Shown: positions 38,801 to 53,300 of the stretch, piece after piece
How the letters are laid out: each line of letters begins with the position of its first letter
How positions within the stretch are numbered: position 1 is the stretch's first letter
From: Eledone cirrhosa
Lineage: Eukaryota
DNA length: 64,000 bases
Assembly (NCBI GenBank): GCA_964016885.1
Contig: OZ024744.1
Span: forward strand, 105,028,001-105,092,000
Direction: 5' to 3'
The notes under the pieces: generated by a model
The model's database searches: none
What the model was told of the DNA's origin: nothing
Seen by the model: the letters and a program-made list of their open reading frames with translations, nothing else
Position numbers and translations under genes: made by a program

Positions 38801-41800
38801 CTAGTCTGTGTCTACGGTTGTATGCAGTCTATGACTAGTCTGTGTCTACGGTTGTATGCCGTCTATGACTAGTCTGTGTCTACGGTTGTATGCCGTCTAT
38901 GACTAGTCTGTGTCTACAGTTGTATGCCGTTTATGACTAGTCTGTGTCTTCGGTTGTATGCCCTCTATGACTAGTCTGTGTCTACGGTTGTATGCCGTCT
39001 ATGACTAGTCTGTGTCTACAGTTGTATGCCGTCTATGACTAGTCTGTGTCTACGGTTGTATGCCGTCTACGACTAGTCTGTGTGTACGGTTGTATGCAGT
39101 CTATGACTAATCTGTGTCTACGGTTGTATGCCGTCTATGACTAGTCTGTGTCTACGGTTGTATGCCGTCTATGACTAGTCTGTGTCTACAGTTGTATGCC
39201 GTCTATGACTAGTCTGTGTCTACGGTTGTATGCCGTCTATGACTAGTCTGTGTCTACGGTTGTATGCCGTCTATGACTAGTCTGTGTGTACGGTTGTATG
39301 CCGTCTATGACTAGTCTGTGTCTACGGTTGTATGCCGTCTATGACAAGTCTGTTTCTACGGTTGTATGCCGTCTATGACTAGTCTGTGTCTACAGTTGTA
39401 TGCGGTCTATGACTAGTCTGTGTCTACGGTTGTATGCCGTCTATAACTAGTCTGTGTGTACGGTTGTATGCCCTATATGACTAGTCTGTGTCTACGGTTG
39501 TATGCCGTCTGTGACTAGTCTGTGTGTACGGTTGTATGCCGTCTATGACTAGTCTGTGTCTACGGTTGTATTCGGTCTATGACTAGTCTGTGTCTACGGT
39601 TGTATGCCGTCTATGACTAGTCTGTGTCTACGGTTGTATGCCGTCTATGACTAGTCTGTGTCTACGGTTGTATGCCTCTATGACTAGTTGTGTGCACGGT
39701 TGTATGCCGTCTATGACTAGTCTGTGTCTACGGTTGTATGCCGTCTATGCCTAGTCTGTGTCTACGGTTGTATGCAGTCTATGACTAGTCTGATCCACGG
39801 TTGTATGCCGTCTATGACTAGTGTGTGTCTTCGGTTGTATGCCGTCTATGACTAGTCTGTGTCGACGGTTGTATGCCGTCTATGACTAGTCTGTGTCTAC
39901 GGTTGTATGCCATCTATGACTAGTCTGTGTGTACGGTTGTATGCCGTCTATGACTAGTCTGTGTCTACGGTTGTATGTCGTCTATGACTAGTCTGTGTCT
40001 TCGGTTGTATGCCGTCTATGACTAGTCTGTGTCTACGGTTGTATGCCGTCTATGACTAGTCTGAGTCTACGGTTGTATGGCGTCTATGACTAGTCTGTGT
40101 CTACGGTTGTATGCCGTCTATGACTAGTCTGTGTCTACAGTTGTATGCCGTCTATGACAAGTCTGTGTGTACGGTGGTATGCAGTCTATGACTAGTCTGT
40201 GTCTACGGTTGTATGCCGTCTATGACTAGTCTGTGTGTACGGTTGTATGCAGTCTATGACTAGTCTGTGTCTACGGTTGTATGCCGTCTATGACTAGTCT
40301 GTGTCTACAGTTGTATGCCATCTATGACTAGTCTGTGTGTACGGTTGTATGCAGTATATGACTAGTCTGTGTCTACAGTTGTATGCCGTCTATGACTAGC
40401 CTGAGTCTACGGTTGTATGCAGTCTATGACTAGTCTGTGTGTACGGTTGTATGCCGTCTATGACTAGTCTACGGCTGTATGCCGTCTATGACTAGTCTGT
40501 GTCTACAGTTGTATGCCGTCTATGACTAGTCTGTGTCTACGGTTGTATGCCGTCTGTGACTAGTCTGTGTCTACAGTTGTATGCCGTCTATGACTAGTCT
40601 GTGTCTACGGTTGTATGCCGTCTATGACTAGTCTGTGTCTACAGTTGTATGCCGTCTATGACTAGTCTGTGTCTACGTTTGTATGCCGTCTATGACTAGT
40701 CTGTGTCTACGGTTGTATGCCGTCTATGACTAGTCTGTGTCTACAGTTGTATGCCGTCTATGACTAGTCTGTGTCTTCGGTTGTATGCCGTCTATGACTA
40801 GTCTGTGTCTACGGTTGTATGCCGTCTATGAATAGTCTGTGTCTACAGTTGTATGCCGTCTATGACTAGTCTGTGTCTACGTTTGTATGCCGTCTATGAC
40901 TAGTCTGTGTCTACGGTTGTATGCCGTCTATGACTAGTCTGTGTCTTCGGTTGTATGCCGTCTATGACTAATCTGTGTCTACGGTTGTATGCAGTCTATG
41001 ACTAGTCTGTGTGTACGGTTGTATGCCGTCTATGACTAGTCTGTGTCTACGGTTGTATGCCGTCTATCACTAGTCTGTGTCTACAGTTGTATGCCGTTTA
41101 TGACTAGTCTGTGTGTACGGTTATATGCCGTCTATGACTAGACTGTGTCTACAGTTGTATGCCGTCTATGACTAGTCTGTGTCTACAGTTGTATGCCGTC
41201 TATGACTAGTCTGTGTCTACAGTTGTATACCGTCTATGACTTGTCTATGTCTACAGTTGTATGCCGTCTATGACTAGTCTGTGTCTACGGTTGTATGCCG
41301 TCTATGACTAGTCTGTGTCTACGGTTGTATGCCGTCAATGACTAGAGTGTGTCTACAGTTGTATGCCATCTATGACTAGTCTGTGTCTACTGCTGTATGC
41401 AGTCTATGACTAGTCTGTGTCTACGGTTGTATGCAGGCTATGACTAGTCATTGTCTACGGTTGTATGCAGGTTATGACTAGTCTGTGTCTACGGTTGTAT
41501 GCCGTCTATGACTAGTCTGTGTGTACGGTTGTATGCCGTCTATGACTAGTCTGTGAGTACGGTTGTATGCCGTCTATGACTAGTCTGTGTGTACGGTTGT
41601 ATGCCGTCTATGACTAGTCTGTGTGTACGGTTGTATTCCGTCTATGACTAGTCTGTGTCTACGGTTTATGCCGTCTATGACTAGTCTGTGTATACGGTTG
41701 TATGCCATCTATGACTAGTCTGTGTGTACGGTTGTATGCCGTCTATGACTAGTCTGTGTCTACGGTTGTATGCCGTCTATGACTAGTCTGTGTCTACGGT

Positions 41801-44800
41801 TGTATGCCGTCTATGACTAGAATGTGTCTACGGCTGTATGCCATCTATGACTAGTCTGTGTGTAATGTTGTATGCCGTCTATGACTAGTCTGTGTCTACG
41901 CTTGTATGCCGTCTATGACTAGTCTGTGTGTACGGTTGTATGCCGTCTATGACTAGTCTGTGTCTACGGTTGTATGCCGTCTATGACTAGTCTGTGTCTA
42001 CGGTTGTATGCCCTCTTTGACTAGTCTGTGTCTACGGTTGTATGCCGTCTATGACTAGTCTGTGTCTACTGTTGTATGCAGTCTATGACTAGTCTGTGTC
42101 TACGGTTGTATGCCGTCTATGACTAGTCTGTGTCTACGGTTGTATGCTGTCTATGACTAGTCTGTGTCTACGGTTGTATGCCGTCTATGACTAGTCTGTG
42201 TCTACGGTTGTATGCCGTCTATGACTAGTCTGTGTCTACGGTTGTATGCCGTCTATGACTAGTCTGAGTCTACGGTTGTATGCAGTCTATGACTAGTCTG
42301 TGTCTACGGTTGTATGCCGTCTATGACTAGTCTGTGTCTACGGTTGTATGCCGTCTATGACTAGTGTGTGTCTACAGTTGTATGCCGTCTATGACTAGTC
42401 TGTGTCTACAGTTGTATGCCGTCTATGACTAGTCTGTGTCTACGGTTGTATGCCGTCTATGACTAGTGTGTGTGTACGGTTTTATGCCGTCTATGACTAG
42501 TCTGTGTCTACGGTTGTATGCCGTCTATGACTAGTCTGTGTGTACGGTTGTATGCAGTCTATGACTAGTCTGTGTCTACTGTTGTATGACGTCTGTGACT
42601 AGTCTGTGTGTACGGTTGTATGCAGTCTATGGCTAGTCTGTGTCTACGGTTGTATGCCGTCTATGGCTAGTCTGTGTGTACGGTTGTATGCCGTCTATGA
42701 CTAGTCTGTGTCTACAGTTGTATGCCGTCTATGACTAGTCTGTGTCTACAGTTGTATGCCGTCTATGACTAGTCTGTGTGTACGGTTGTATGCCGTCTAT
42801 CACTAGTCTGTGTCTACAGTTGTATGCCGTCTATGACTAGTTTGTGTCTACGGTTGTATACCGTCTATGACTAGTCTGTGTCTACGGTTGTTTGCAGTCT
42901 ATGACTAGTCTGTGTCTACGGTTGTATGCCGTCTATGACTAGTCTGTGTCTACGGTTGTATGCCGTCTATGACTAGTCAGTGTCTACAGTTGTATGCCGT
43001 CTATGACTAGTCTGTGTCTTCGGTTGTATGCCGTCTATGACTAGTCTGTCTACGGTTGTATGCCGTCTATGACTAGTCTGTGTCTACAGTTGTATGCCGT
43101 CTATGACTAGTCTGTGTCTACGGTTGTATGCCGTCTATGACTATTCTGTGTCTATGGTTGAATGCCGTCTATGACTAGTCTGTGTCTTCGGTTGTATCCC
43201 GTCTATGACTAGTCTGTGTCTACGGTTGTATGCCGTCTATGACTAGTCTGTGTCTACGGTTGTATGCCGTCTATGACTAGTCTGTGTCTATGGTTGTATG
43301 CCATCTATGACTAGTCTGTATCTACAGTTGTATGCCGTCTATGACTAGTCTGTGTCTACGGTTGTATGCCGTCTATGACTAGTCTGTGTGTACGGTTGTA
43401 TGCCGTCTATGACTAGTCTGTGTGTACGGTTGTATGCCGTCTATGACTAGTCTGTGTCTACGGTTGTATGCCATCTATGCCTAGTATGTGTGTACGGTTG
43501 TATGCCGTCTATGACTAGTCTGTGTCTACGGTTGTATGCCGTCTATGACTAGTCTGTGTCTACGGTTGTATGCCGTCTATGACTAGTCTGTGTCTACAGT
43601 TGTATGCCGTCTATGACTAGTCTGTGTCTTCGGTTGTATGCCGTCTATGACTAGTCTGATCCACGGTTGTATGCCGTCTATGACTAGACTGTGTCTTCGG
43701 TTGTATGCCGTCTATGACTAGTCTGTGTCTACGGTTGTATGCCGTCTATGACTAGTCTGTGTCTAGAGTTGTATGCCGTCTATGACTAGTCTGTGTCTAC
43801 GGTTGTATGCCGTCTATGACTATTCTGTGTCTATGGCTGTATGCCGTCTATGACTAGTCTGTGTCTACGGTTGTACGCCGTCTATGACTAGTCTGATCCA
43901 CGGTTGTATGCCGTCTATGACTAGTCTGATCCACGGTTGTATGCCGTCTATGACTAGTCTGTGTCTTCAGTTGTATGCCGTTTATGACTAGTCTGTGTCT
44001 ACGGTTGTATGCCGTCTATGACTAGTCTGTGTCTACAGTTGTATGCCGTCTATGACTAGTCGGTGTGTACGGTTGTATGCCGTCTATGACTAGTCTGTGT
44101 CTACGGTTGAATGCCGTCTATGACTAGTCTGTGTCTACAGTTGTATGCCGTCTATGACTAGTCTGTGCCTACGGTTGTATGCCGTCTATGACTAGTCTGT
44201 GTGTACGGTTGTATGCCGTCTATGACTAGTCTGTGTCTACGGTTGTATGCCATCTATGAGTAGTCTGTGTGTACGGTTGTATGCCGTCTATGACTAGTCT
44301 GTGTCTACGGTTGTATGCCGTCTATGACTAGTATGTGTCTACGGTTGTATGCCGTCTATGACTAGTCTGTGTCTACAGTTGTATGCCGTCTATGACTAGT
44401 CTGTTTCTACGGTTGTATGCCGTCTATGACTAGTCTGTGTGTACGGTTGTATGCCGTCTATGACTAGTCTGTGTCTACAGTTGTATGCCGTCTATGACTA
44501 GTCTGTGTCTACGGTTGTATGCCGTCTATGACTAGTCTGTGTCTACGGTTGTATGCCGTCTATGACTAGTCTGTGTCTACGGTTGTATGCTGTCTATGAC
44601 TAGTCTGTGTCTACTGCTGTATGCAGTCTATGACTAGTCTGTGTCTACGGTTGTATGCAGGCTATGACTAGTCATTGTCTACGGTTGTATGCCGTCTATG
44701 ACTAGTCTGTGTCTACGGTTGTATGCAGGCTATGACTAGTCTGTGTCTACGGTTGTATGCTGTCTATGACTAGTCTGTGTCTACTGCTGTATGCAGTCTA

Positions 44801-45299
44801 TGACTAGTCTGTGTCTACGGTTGTATGCAGGCTATGACTAGTCATTGTCTACGGTTGTATGCCGTCTATGACTAGTCTGTGTGTACGGTTGTATGCCGTC
44901 TATGAATAGTCTGTGTCTACGGTTGTATGCCGTCTATGACTAGTCTGTGTGTACGGTTGTATGCCGTGTATGACTAGTCTGTGTCTACGGTTGTATGCCG
45001 TCTATGACTAGTCTGTGTCTACAGTTGTATGCGGTCTATGACTAGTCTGTGTCTACGGTTGTATGCCGTCTATAACTAGTCTGTGTGTACGGTTGTATGC
45101 CCTCTATGACTAGTCTGTGTCTACGGTTGTATGCCGTCTGTGACTAGTCTGTGTGTACGGTTGTATGCCGTCTATGACTAGTCTGTGTCTACGGTTGTAT
45201 TCGGTCTATGACTAGTCGGTGTCTACGGTTGTATGCCGTCTATGACTAGTCTGTGTCTACGGTTGTATGCCGTCTATGACTAGTCGGTGTCTACGGTTG

Positions 45300-48200
45300 T
45301 ATGCCGTCTATGACTAGTCTGTGTGCACGGTTGTATGCCGTCTATGACTAGTCTGTGTCTACGTTTGTATGCCGTCTATGCCTAGTCTGTGTCTACGGTT
45401 GTATGCAGTCTATGACTAGTCTGATCCACGGTTGTATGCCGTCTATGACTAGTGTGTGTCTTCGGTTGTATGCCGTCTATGACTAGTCTCTGTCTACGGT
45501 TGTATGCCGTCTATGACTAGTCTGTGTCTACGGTTGTATGCCATCTATGACTAGTCTGTGTGTACGGTTGTATGCCGTCTATGACTAGTCTGTGTCTACG
45601 GTTGTATGCCGTCTATGACTAGTCTGTGTCTACGGTTGTATGCCGTCTATGACTAGTCTGAGTCTACGGTTGTATGGCGTCTATGACTAGTCTGTGTGTA
45701 CGGTTGTATGCCGTCTATGACTAGTCTGTGTCTACAGTTGTATGCCGTCTATGACTAGTCTGTGTCTACGGTTGTATGCCGTCTATGACTAGTCTGTGTC
45801 TACGGTTGTATGCCGTCTATGACTAGTATGTGTCTACGGTTGTATGCCGTCTATGACTAGTCTGTGTGTACGGTTGTATGCAGTCTATGACTAGTCTGTG
45901 TCTACTGTTGTATGCCGTCTATGACAAGTCTGTGTGTACAGTGGTATGCAGTCTATGACTAGTCTGTGTCTACGGTTGTATGCCGTCTATGACTAGCCTG
46001 TGTGTACGGTTGTATGCAGTCTATAACTAGTCTGTGTCTACGGTTGTATGCCGTCTATGACTAGTCTGTGTCTACAGTTGTATGCCATCTATGACTAGTC
46101 TGTATGTACGGTTGTATGCAGTATATGACTAGTCTGTGTCTACAGTTGTATGCCGTCTATGACTAGCATGAGTCTACGGTTGTATGCAGTCTATGACTAG
46201 TCTGTGTGTACGGTTGTATGCCGTCTATGACTAGTCTACGGCTGTATGCCGTCTATGACTAGTCTGTGTCTACAGTTGTATGCCGTCTATGACTAGTCTG
46301 TGTCTACGGTTGTATGCCGTCTATGACTAGTCTGTGTCTACAGTTGTATGCCGTCTATGACTAGTTTGTGTCTACGGTTGTATACGGTCTATGACTAGTC
46401 TGTGTCTACGGTTGTATGCAGTCTATGACTAGTCTGTGTCTACGGTTGTATGCCGTCTATGACTAGTCTGTGTCTACGGTTGTATGCCGTCTATGACTAG
46501 TCTGTGTCTACAGTTGTATGCCGTCTATGACTAGTCTGTGTGTACGGTGGTATGCAGTCTATGACTAGTCTGTGTCTACGGTTGTATGCCGTCTATGACT
46601 AGTCTGTGTGTACGGTTGTATGCAGTCTATGACTAGTCTGTGTCTACGGTTGTATGCCGTCTATGACTAGTCTGTGTCTACAGTTGTATGCCATCTATGA
46701 CTAGTCTGTGTGTACGGTTGTATGCAGTATATGACTAGTCTGTGTCTACAGTTGTATGCCGTCTATGACTAGCCTGAGTCTACGGTTGTATGCAGTCTAT
46801 GACTAGTCTGTGTGTACGGTTGTATGCCGTCTATGACTAGTCTACGGCTGTGTGCCGTCTATGACTAGTCTGTGTCTACGGTTGTATGCCGTCTATGACT
46901 AGTCTGTGTCTACAGTTGTATGGCGTCTATGACTAGTCTGTGTCTTCGGTTGTATGCCGTCTATGACTAGTCTGTGTCTACGGTTGTATGCCGTCTATGA
47001 CTAGTCTGTGTCTACGGTTGTATGCAGTCTATGACTAGTCTGTGTCTACGGTTGTATGCCGTCTATGACTAGTCTGTGTCTACGGTTGTATGCCGTCTAT
47101 GACTAGTCTGTGTCTACAGTTGTATGCCGTCTATGACTAGTCTGTGTCTTCGGTTGTATGCCGTCTATGAATAGTCTGTGTCTACGGTTGTATGCCGTCT
47201 ATGACTAGTCTGTGTCTACGTTTGTATGCCGTCTATGACTAGTCTGTGTCTACGGTTGTATGCCGTCTGTGACTAGTCTGTGTCTACGGTTGTATGCCGT
47301 CTATGACTAATCTGTGTCTACGGTTGTATGCCATATATGACTAGTCTGTGTGTACGGTTGTATGCCGTCTATGACTAGTCTGTGTCTACGGTTGTATGCC
47401 GTCTATGACTAGTCTGTGTCTACAGTTGTATGCCGTTTATGACTAGTCTGTGTGTACGGTTATATGCCGTCTATGACTAGTCTGTGTCTACAGTCGTATG
47501 CCGTCTATGACTGGTCTGTGTCTACAGTTGTATGCCGTCTATGACTAGTCTGTGTCTACAGTTGTATACCGTCTATGACTTGTCTATGTCTACAGTTGTA
47601 TGCCGTCTATGACTAGTCTGTGTCTACGGTTGTATGCCGTCTATGACTAGTCTGTGTCTACGGTTGTATGCCGTCAATGACTAGACTGTGTCTACAGTTG
47701 TATGCCATCTATGACTAGTCTGTGTCTACTGCTGTATGCAGTCTATGACTAGTCTGTGTCTACGGTTGTATGCAGGCTATGACTAGTCATTGTCTACGGT
47801 TGTATGCAGGTTATGACTAGTCTGTGTCTACGGTTGTATGCCGTCTATGACTAGTTTGTGTCTACAGTTGTATGCCGTCTATGACTAGTCTGTGTCTTCG
47901 GTTGTATGCCGTCTGTGACTAGTCTGTGTGTACGGTTGTATTCCGTCTATGACTAGTCTGTGTCTACGGTTTATGCCGTCTATGACTAGTCTGTGTCTAC
48001 GGTTGTAAGCCATCTATGACTAGTCTGTGTGTACGGTTGTATGCCGTCTATGACTAGTCTGTGTCTACGGTTGTATGCCGTCTATGACTAGTCTGTGTCT
48101 ACGGTTGTATGCCGTCTATGACTAGTCTGTGTCTACGGTTGTATGCCATCTATGACTAGAATGTGTCTACGGCTGTATGCCATCTATGACTAGTCTGTGT

Positions 48201-51200
48201 GTAATGTTTTATGCCGTCTATGACTAGTCTGTGTCTACGCTTGTATGCCGTCTATGACTAGTCTGTGTGTACGGTTGTATGCCGTCTATGACTAGTCTGA
48301 TCCACGGTTGTATGCCGTCTATGACTAGTCTGTGTCTTCGGTTGTATGCCGTCTATGACTAGTCTGTGTCTACGGTTGTATGCCGTCTATGACTAGTCTG
48401 TGTCTACAGTTGTATGCCGTCTATGACTAGTCTGTGTCTACGGTTGTATGCCGTCTATGACTATTCTGTGTCTATGGCTGTATGCCGTCTATGACTAGTC
48501 TGTGTCTACGGTTGTATGCCGTCTATGACTAGTCTGATCCACGGTTGTATGCCGTCTATGACTAGTCTGATCCACGGTTGTATGCCGTCTATGACTAGTC
48601 TGTGTCTTCAGTTGTATGCCGTTTATGACTAGTCTGTGTCTACGGTTGTATGCCGTCTATGACTAGTCTGTGTCTACGGTTGTATGCCGTCTATGACTAG
48701 TCGGTGTGTACGGTTGTATGCCGTCTATGACTAGTCTGTGTCTACGGTTGTATGCCGTCTATGACTAGTCTGTGTCTACAGTTGTATGCCGTCTATGACT
48801 AGTCTGTGCCTACGGTTGTATGCCGTCTATGACTAGTCTGTGTCTACAGTTGTATGCCGTCTATGACTAGTCTGTGTCTATGGTTGTATGCCATCTATGA
48901 CTAGTCTGTGTCTACAGTTGTATGCCGTCTATGACTAGTCTGTGTCTACTGTTGTATGCCGTCTATGACTAGTCTGTGTGTACGGTTGTATGCCGTCTAT
49001 GACTAGTCTGTGTGTACGGTTGTATGCCGTCTATGACTAGTCTGTGTCTACGGTTGTATGCCGTCTATGACTAGTCTGTGTCTACGGTTGTATGCCGTCT
49101 ATGAATAGTCTGTGTCTACTGTTGTATGCCGTCTATGACTAGTCTGTGTCTACGGTTGTATGCCGTCTATGACTAGTCTGTGTCTACGGTTGTATGCCGT
49201 CTATGACTAGTCTGTGTCTACGGTTGTATGCCGTCTATGACTAGTCTGTGTCTACGGTTGTATGCCGTCTATGACTAGTCTGTGTCTACGGTTGTATGCC
49301 GTCTATGACTAGTCTGTGTCTACAGTTGTATGCCGTCTATGACTAGTCTGTGTCTACGGTTGTATGCCGTCTATGACTAGTCTGTGTGCACGGTTGTATG
49401 CCGTCTATGACTAGTCTGTGTCTACGTTTGTATGCCGTCTATGCCTAGACTGTGTCTACGGTTGTATGCAGTCTATGACTAGTCTGATCCACGGTTGTAT
49501 GCCGTCTATGACTAGTGTGTGTCTTCGGTTGTATGCCGTCTATGACTAGTCTCTATCTACGGTTGTATGCCGTCTATGACTAGTCTGTGTCTACGGTTGT
49601 ATGCCATCTATGACTAGTCTGTGTGTACGGTTGTATGCCGTCTATGACTAGTCTGTGTCTACGGTTGTATGCCGTCTATGACTAGTCTGTGTCTACGGTT
49701 GTATGCCGTCTATGACTAGTCTGAGTCTACGGTTGTATGGCGTCTATGACTAGTCTGTGTGTACGGTTGTATGCCGTCTATGACTAGTCTGTGTCTACAG
49801 TTGTATGCCGTCTATGACTAGTCTGTGTCTACGGTTGTATGCCGTCTATGACTAGTCTGTGTCTACGGTTGTATGCCGTCTATGACTAGTATGTGTCTAC
49901 TGTTGTATGCCGTCTATGACTAGTCTGTGTGTACGGTTGTATGCAGTCTATGACTAGTCTGTGTCTACTGTTGTATGCCGTCTATGACAAGTCTGTGTGT
50001 ACAGTGGTATGCAGTCTATGACTAGTCTGTGTCTACGGTTGTATGCCGTCTATGACTAGCCTGTGTGTACGGTTGTATGCAGTCTATGACTAGTCTGTGT
50101 CTACGGTTGTATGCCGTCTATGACTAGTCTGTGTCTACAGTTGTATGCCATCTATGACTAGTCAGTGTGTACGGTTGTATGCAGTATATGACTAGTCTGT
50201 GCCTACAGTTGTATGCCGTCTATGACTAGCATGAGTCTACGGTTGTATGCAGTCTATGACTAGTCTGTGTGTACGGTTGTATGCCGTCTATGACTAGTCT
50301 ACGGCTGTATGCCGTCTATGACTAGTCTGTGTCTACAGTTGTATGCCGTCTATGACTAGTCTGTGTCTACGGTTGTATGCCGTCTATGACTAGTCTGTGT
50401 CTACAGTTGTATGCCGTCTATGACTAGTTTGTGTCTACGGTTGTATACGGTCTATGACTAGTCTGTGTCTACGGTTGTATGCAGTCTATGACTAGTCTGT
50501 GTCTACGGTTGTATGCCGTCTATGACTAGTCTGTGTCTACGGTTGTATGCCGTCTATGACTAGTCTGTGTCTACAGTTGTATGCCGTCTATGACTAGTCT
50601 GTGTGTACGGTGGTATGCAGTCTATGACTAGTCTGTGTCTACGGTTGTATGCCGTCTATGACTAGTCTGTGTGTACGGTTGTATGCAGTCTATGACTAGT
50701 CTGTGTCTACGGTTGTATGCCGTCTATGACTAGTCTGTGTCTACAGTTGTATGCCATCTATGACTAGTCTGTGTGTACGGTTGTATGCAGTATATGACTA
50801 GTCTGTGTCTACAGTTGTATGCCGTCTATGACTAGCCTGAGTCTACGGTTGTATGCAGTCTATGACTAGTCTGTGTGTACGGTTGTATGCCGTCTATGAC
50901 TAGTCTACGGCTGTGTGCCGTCTATGACTAGTCTGTGTCTACGGTTGTATGCCGTCTATGACTAGTCTGTGTCTACAGTTGTATGGCGTCTATGACTAGT
51001 CTGTGTCTTCGGTTGTATGCCGTCTATGACTAGTCTGTGTCTACGGTTGTATGCCGTCTATGACTAGTCTGTGTCTACGGTTGTATGCAGTCTATGACTA
51101 GTCTGTGTCTACGGTTGTATGCCGTCTATGACTAGTCTGTGTCTACGGTTGTATGCCGTCTATGACTAGTCTGTGTCTACAGTTGTATGCCGTCTATGAC

Positions 51201-53300
51201 TAGTCTGTGTCTTCGGTTGTATGCCGTCTATGACTAGTCTGTGTCTACGGTTGTATGCCGTCTATGACTAGTCTGTGTCTACGTTTGTATGCCGTCTATG
51301 ACTAGTCTGTGTCTACGGTTGTATGCCGTCTGTGACTAGTCTGTGTCTACGGTTGTATGCCGTCTATGACTAATCTGTGTCTACGGTTGTATGCCATCTA
51401 TGACTAGTCTGTGTGTACGGTTGTATGCCGTCTATGACTAGTCTGTGTCTACGGTTGTATGCCGTCTATGACTAGTCTGTGTCTACAGTTGTATGCCGTT
51501 TATGACTAGTCTGTGTGTACGGTTATATGCCGTCTATGACTAGTCTGTGTCTACAGTTGTATGCCGTCTATGACTGGTCTGTGTCTACAGTTGTATGCCG
51601 TCTATGACTAGTCTGTGTCTACAGTTGTATACCGTTTATGACTTGTCTATGTCTACAGTTGTATGCCGTCTATGACTAGTCTGTGTCTACGGTTGTATGC
51701 CGTCTATGACTAGTCTGTGTCTACGGTTGTATGCCGTCAATGACTAGACTGTGTCTACAGTTGTATGCCATCTATGACTAGTCTGTGTCTACTGCTGTAT
51801 GCAGTCTATGACTAGTCTGTGTCTACGGTTGTATGCAGGCTATGACTAGTCATTGTCTACGGTTGTATGCAGGTTATGACTAGTCTGTGTCTACGGTTGT
51901 ATGCCGTCTATGACTAGTTTGTGTCTACAGTTGTATGCCGTCTATGACTAGTCTGTGTCTTCGGTTGTATGCCGTCTGTGACTAGTCTGTGTGTACGGTT
52001 GTATTCCGTCTATGACTAGTCTGTGTCTACGGTTTATGCCGTCTATGACTAGTCTGTGTCTACGGTTGTATGCCATCTATGACTAGTCTGTGTGTACGGT
52101 TGTATGCCGTCTATGACTAGTCTGTGTCTACGGTTGTATGCCGTCTATGACTAGTCTGTGTCTACGGTTGTATGCCGTCTATGACTAGTCTGTGTCTACG
52201 GTTGTATGCCGTCTATGACTAGAATGTGTCTACGGCTGTATGCCATCTATGACTAGTCTGTGTGTAATGTTGTATGCCGTCTATGACTAGTCTGTGTCTA
52301 CGCTTGTATGCCGTCTATGACTAGTCTGTGTGTACGGTTGTATGCCGTCTATGACTAGTCTGATCCACGGTTGTATGCCGTCTATGACTAGTCTGTGTCT
52401 TCGGTTGTATGCCGTCTATGACTAGTCTGTGTCTACGGTTGTATGCCGTCTATGACTAGTCTGTGTCTACAGTTGTATGCCGTCTATGACTAGTCTGTGT
52501 CTACGGTTGTATGCCGTCTATGACTATTCTGTGTCTATGGCTGTATGCCGTCTATGACTAGTCTGTGTCTACGGTTGTATGCCGTCTATGACTAGTCTGA
52601 TCCACGGTAGTATGCCGTCTATGACTAGTCTGATCCACGGTTGTATGCCGTCTATGACTAGTCTGTGTCTTCAGTTGTATGCCGTTTATGACTAGTCTGT
52701 GTCTACGGTTGTATGCCGTCTATGACTAGTCTGTGTCTACGGTTGTATGCCGTCTATGACTAGTCGGTGTGTACGGTTGTATGCCGTCTATGAATAGTCT
52801 GTGTCTACGGTTGTATGCCGTCTATGACTAGTCTGTGCCTACGGTTGTATGCCGTCTATGACTAGTCTGTGTCTACAGTTGTATGCCGTCTATGACTAGT
52901 CTGTGTCTATGGTTGTATGCCATCTATGACTAGTCTGTGTCTACAGTTGTATGCCGTCTATGACTAGTCTGTGTCTACGGTTGTATGCCGTCTATGACTA
53001 GTCTGTGTGTACGGTTGTATGCCGTCTATGACTAGTCTGTGTGTACAGTTGTATGCCGTCTATGACTAGTCTGTGTCTACGGTTGTATGCCGTCTATGAC
53101 TAGTCTGTGTCTACGGTTGTATGCCGTCTATGACTAGTCTGTGTCTACAGTTGTATGCCGTCTATGACTAGTCTGTGTCTACGGTTGTATGCCGTCTATG
53201 ACTAGTCTGTGTCTACGGTTGTATGCCGTCTATGACTAGTCTGTGTCTACGGTTGTATGCCGTCTATGACTAGTCTGTGTCTACGGTTGTATGCCGTCTG
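45300..53300. repeat. Higher-order tandem duplication, period about 4063 bp (120 monomers)
   Basis: acgtttg...atgcctag 45361/49424; gtctacggctgtgtg 46840/50903. Confidence 0.85.
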
